27,184 nucleotides of DNA, from the NCBI GenBank assembly GCA_033763455.1, contig JANRKO010000086.1, forward strand, positions 1-27,184. Reading direction: 5' to 3'. Each line of letters begins with the position of its first letter. The first letter of the stretch is position 1. The translations under genes were made by a program, and so were the position numbers. Below, in pieces: positions 27,049 to 27,184 of this stretch. Source of the DNA: Polyangiaceae bacterium. GTDB taxonomy: Bacteria > Myxococcota_A > Polyangia > Polyangiales > Polyangiaceae. Below the pieces are notes generated by a model. It was not told the origin of the DNA. It made no database searches and saw only the letters and a list, made by a program, of their open reading frames with translations.

Positions 27049-27184
27049 GTGCGTCACGAAGCTGCAGCTGACCAGCGGGTGCCGGCCTGGAGACGATCCG
27101 GGTCGAAGTCTCGTCAGCGGAAATACCGAAAGGTCGTTGTATCGAGTCTTGCGTCTTGCATCGCGAGGTGCCGGGCGAAGCGTA
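27049..27184 (+). mobile_element. 5' end (domain I) of a group II intron, running off the window
   Basis: Starts with GTGCG (GUGYG consensus); GNRA hairpins ACC-GAAA-GGT (27125-27134) and GCATC-GCGA-GGTGC (27158-27171); the latter is enclosed by CTTGCGTC...GCGAAGCGTA, the Ic1 stem with the AGC epsilon'/lambda bulge. Confidence 0.78.

Noticed and set aside
27007..27135. Lysine riboswitch (GTAGAGG...GAAAGG) or IS end before 27049
   Set aside because: The downstream sequence is better explained as group II intron domain I; no lysine gene context and no partner repeat in the window.
1..27184. CRISPR array, tRNA or rRNA genes
   Set aside because: No regularly spaced repeats, cloverleaf or rRNA signatures were seen on either strand by eye.

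Overview
GC-rich bacterial DNA whose lipoprotein and Uma2 gene families suggest Myxococcota (inference from recalled family patterns). Intact genes: PA14 and fibro-slime lipoproteins, DUF1993, two Uma2 nucleases, a divergent 2-hydroxyacid dehydrogenase / Gfo-Idh-MocA pair, glyQS, an Opp/Dpp-type ABC importer whose binding protein is fused to its permease followed by a TIM-barrel isomerase and a PhyH dioxygenase, rlpA, and a GH35-like protein that appears to lack its catalytic acid/base Glu. Between them lies much debris the ORF track misses or mis-frames: an IS21 right end inserted in an AAA/DUF4143 gene, three genes collapsed by frame-preserving internal deletions (including an AbiEi::AbiEii chimera), Uma2, PQQ-dehydrogenase and IS91-like fragments, and a frameshifted NADAR gene. 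The window ends in the 5' end of a probable group II intron. No tRNA, rRNA or CRISPR array was seen. All family calls come from motif recognition by eye; no search was run.
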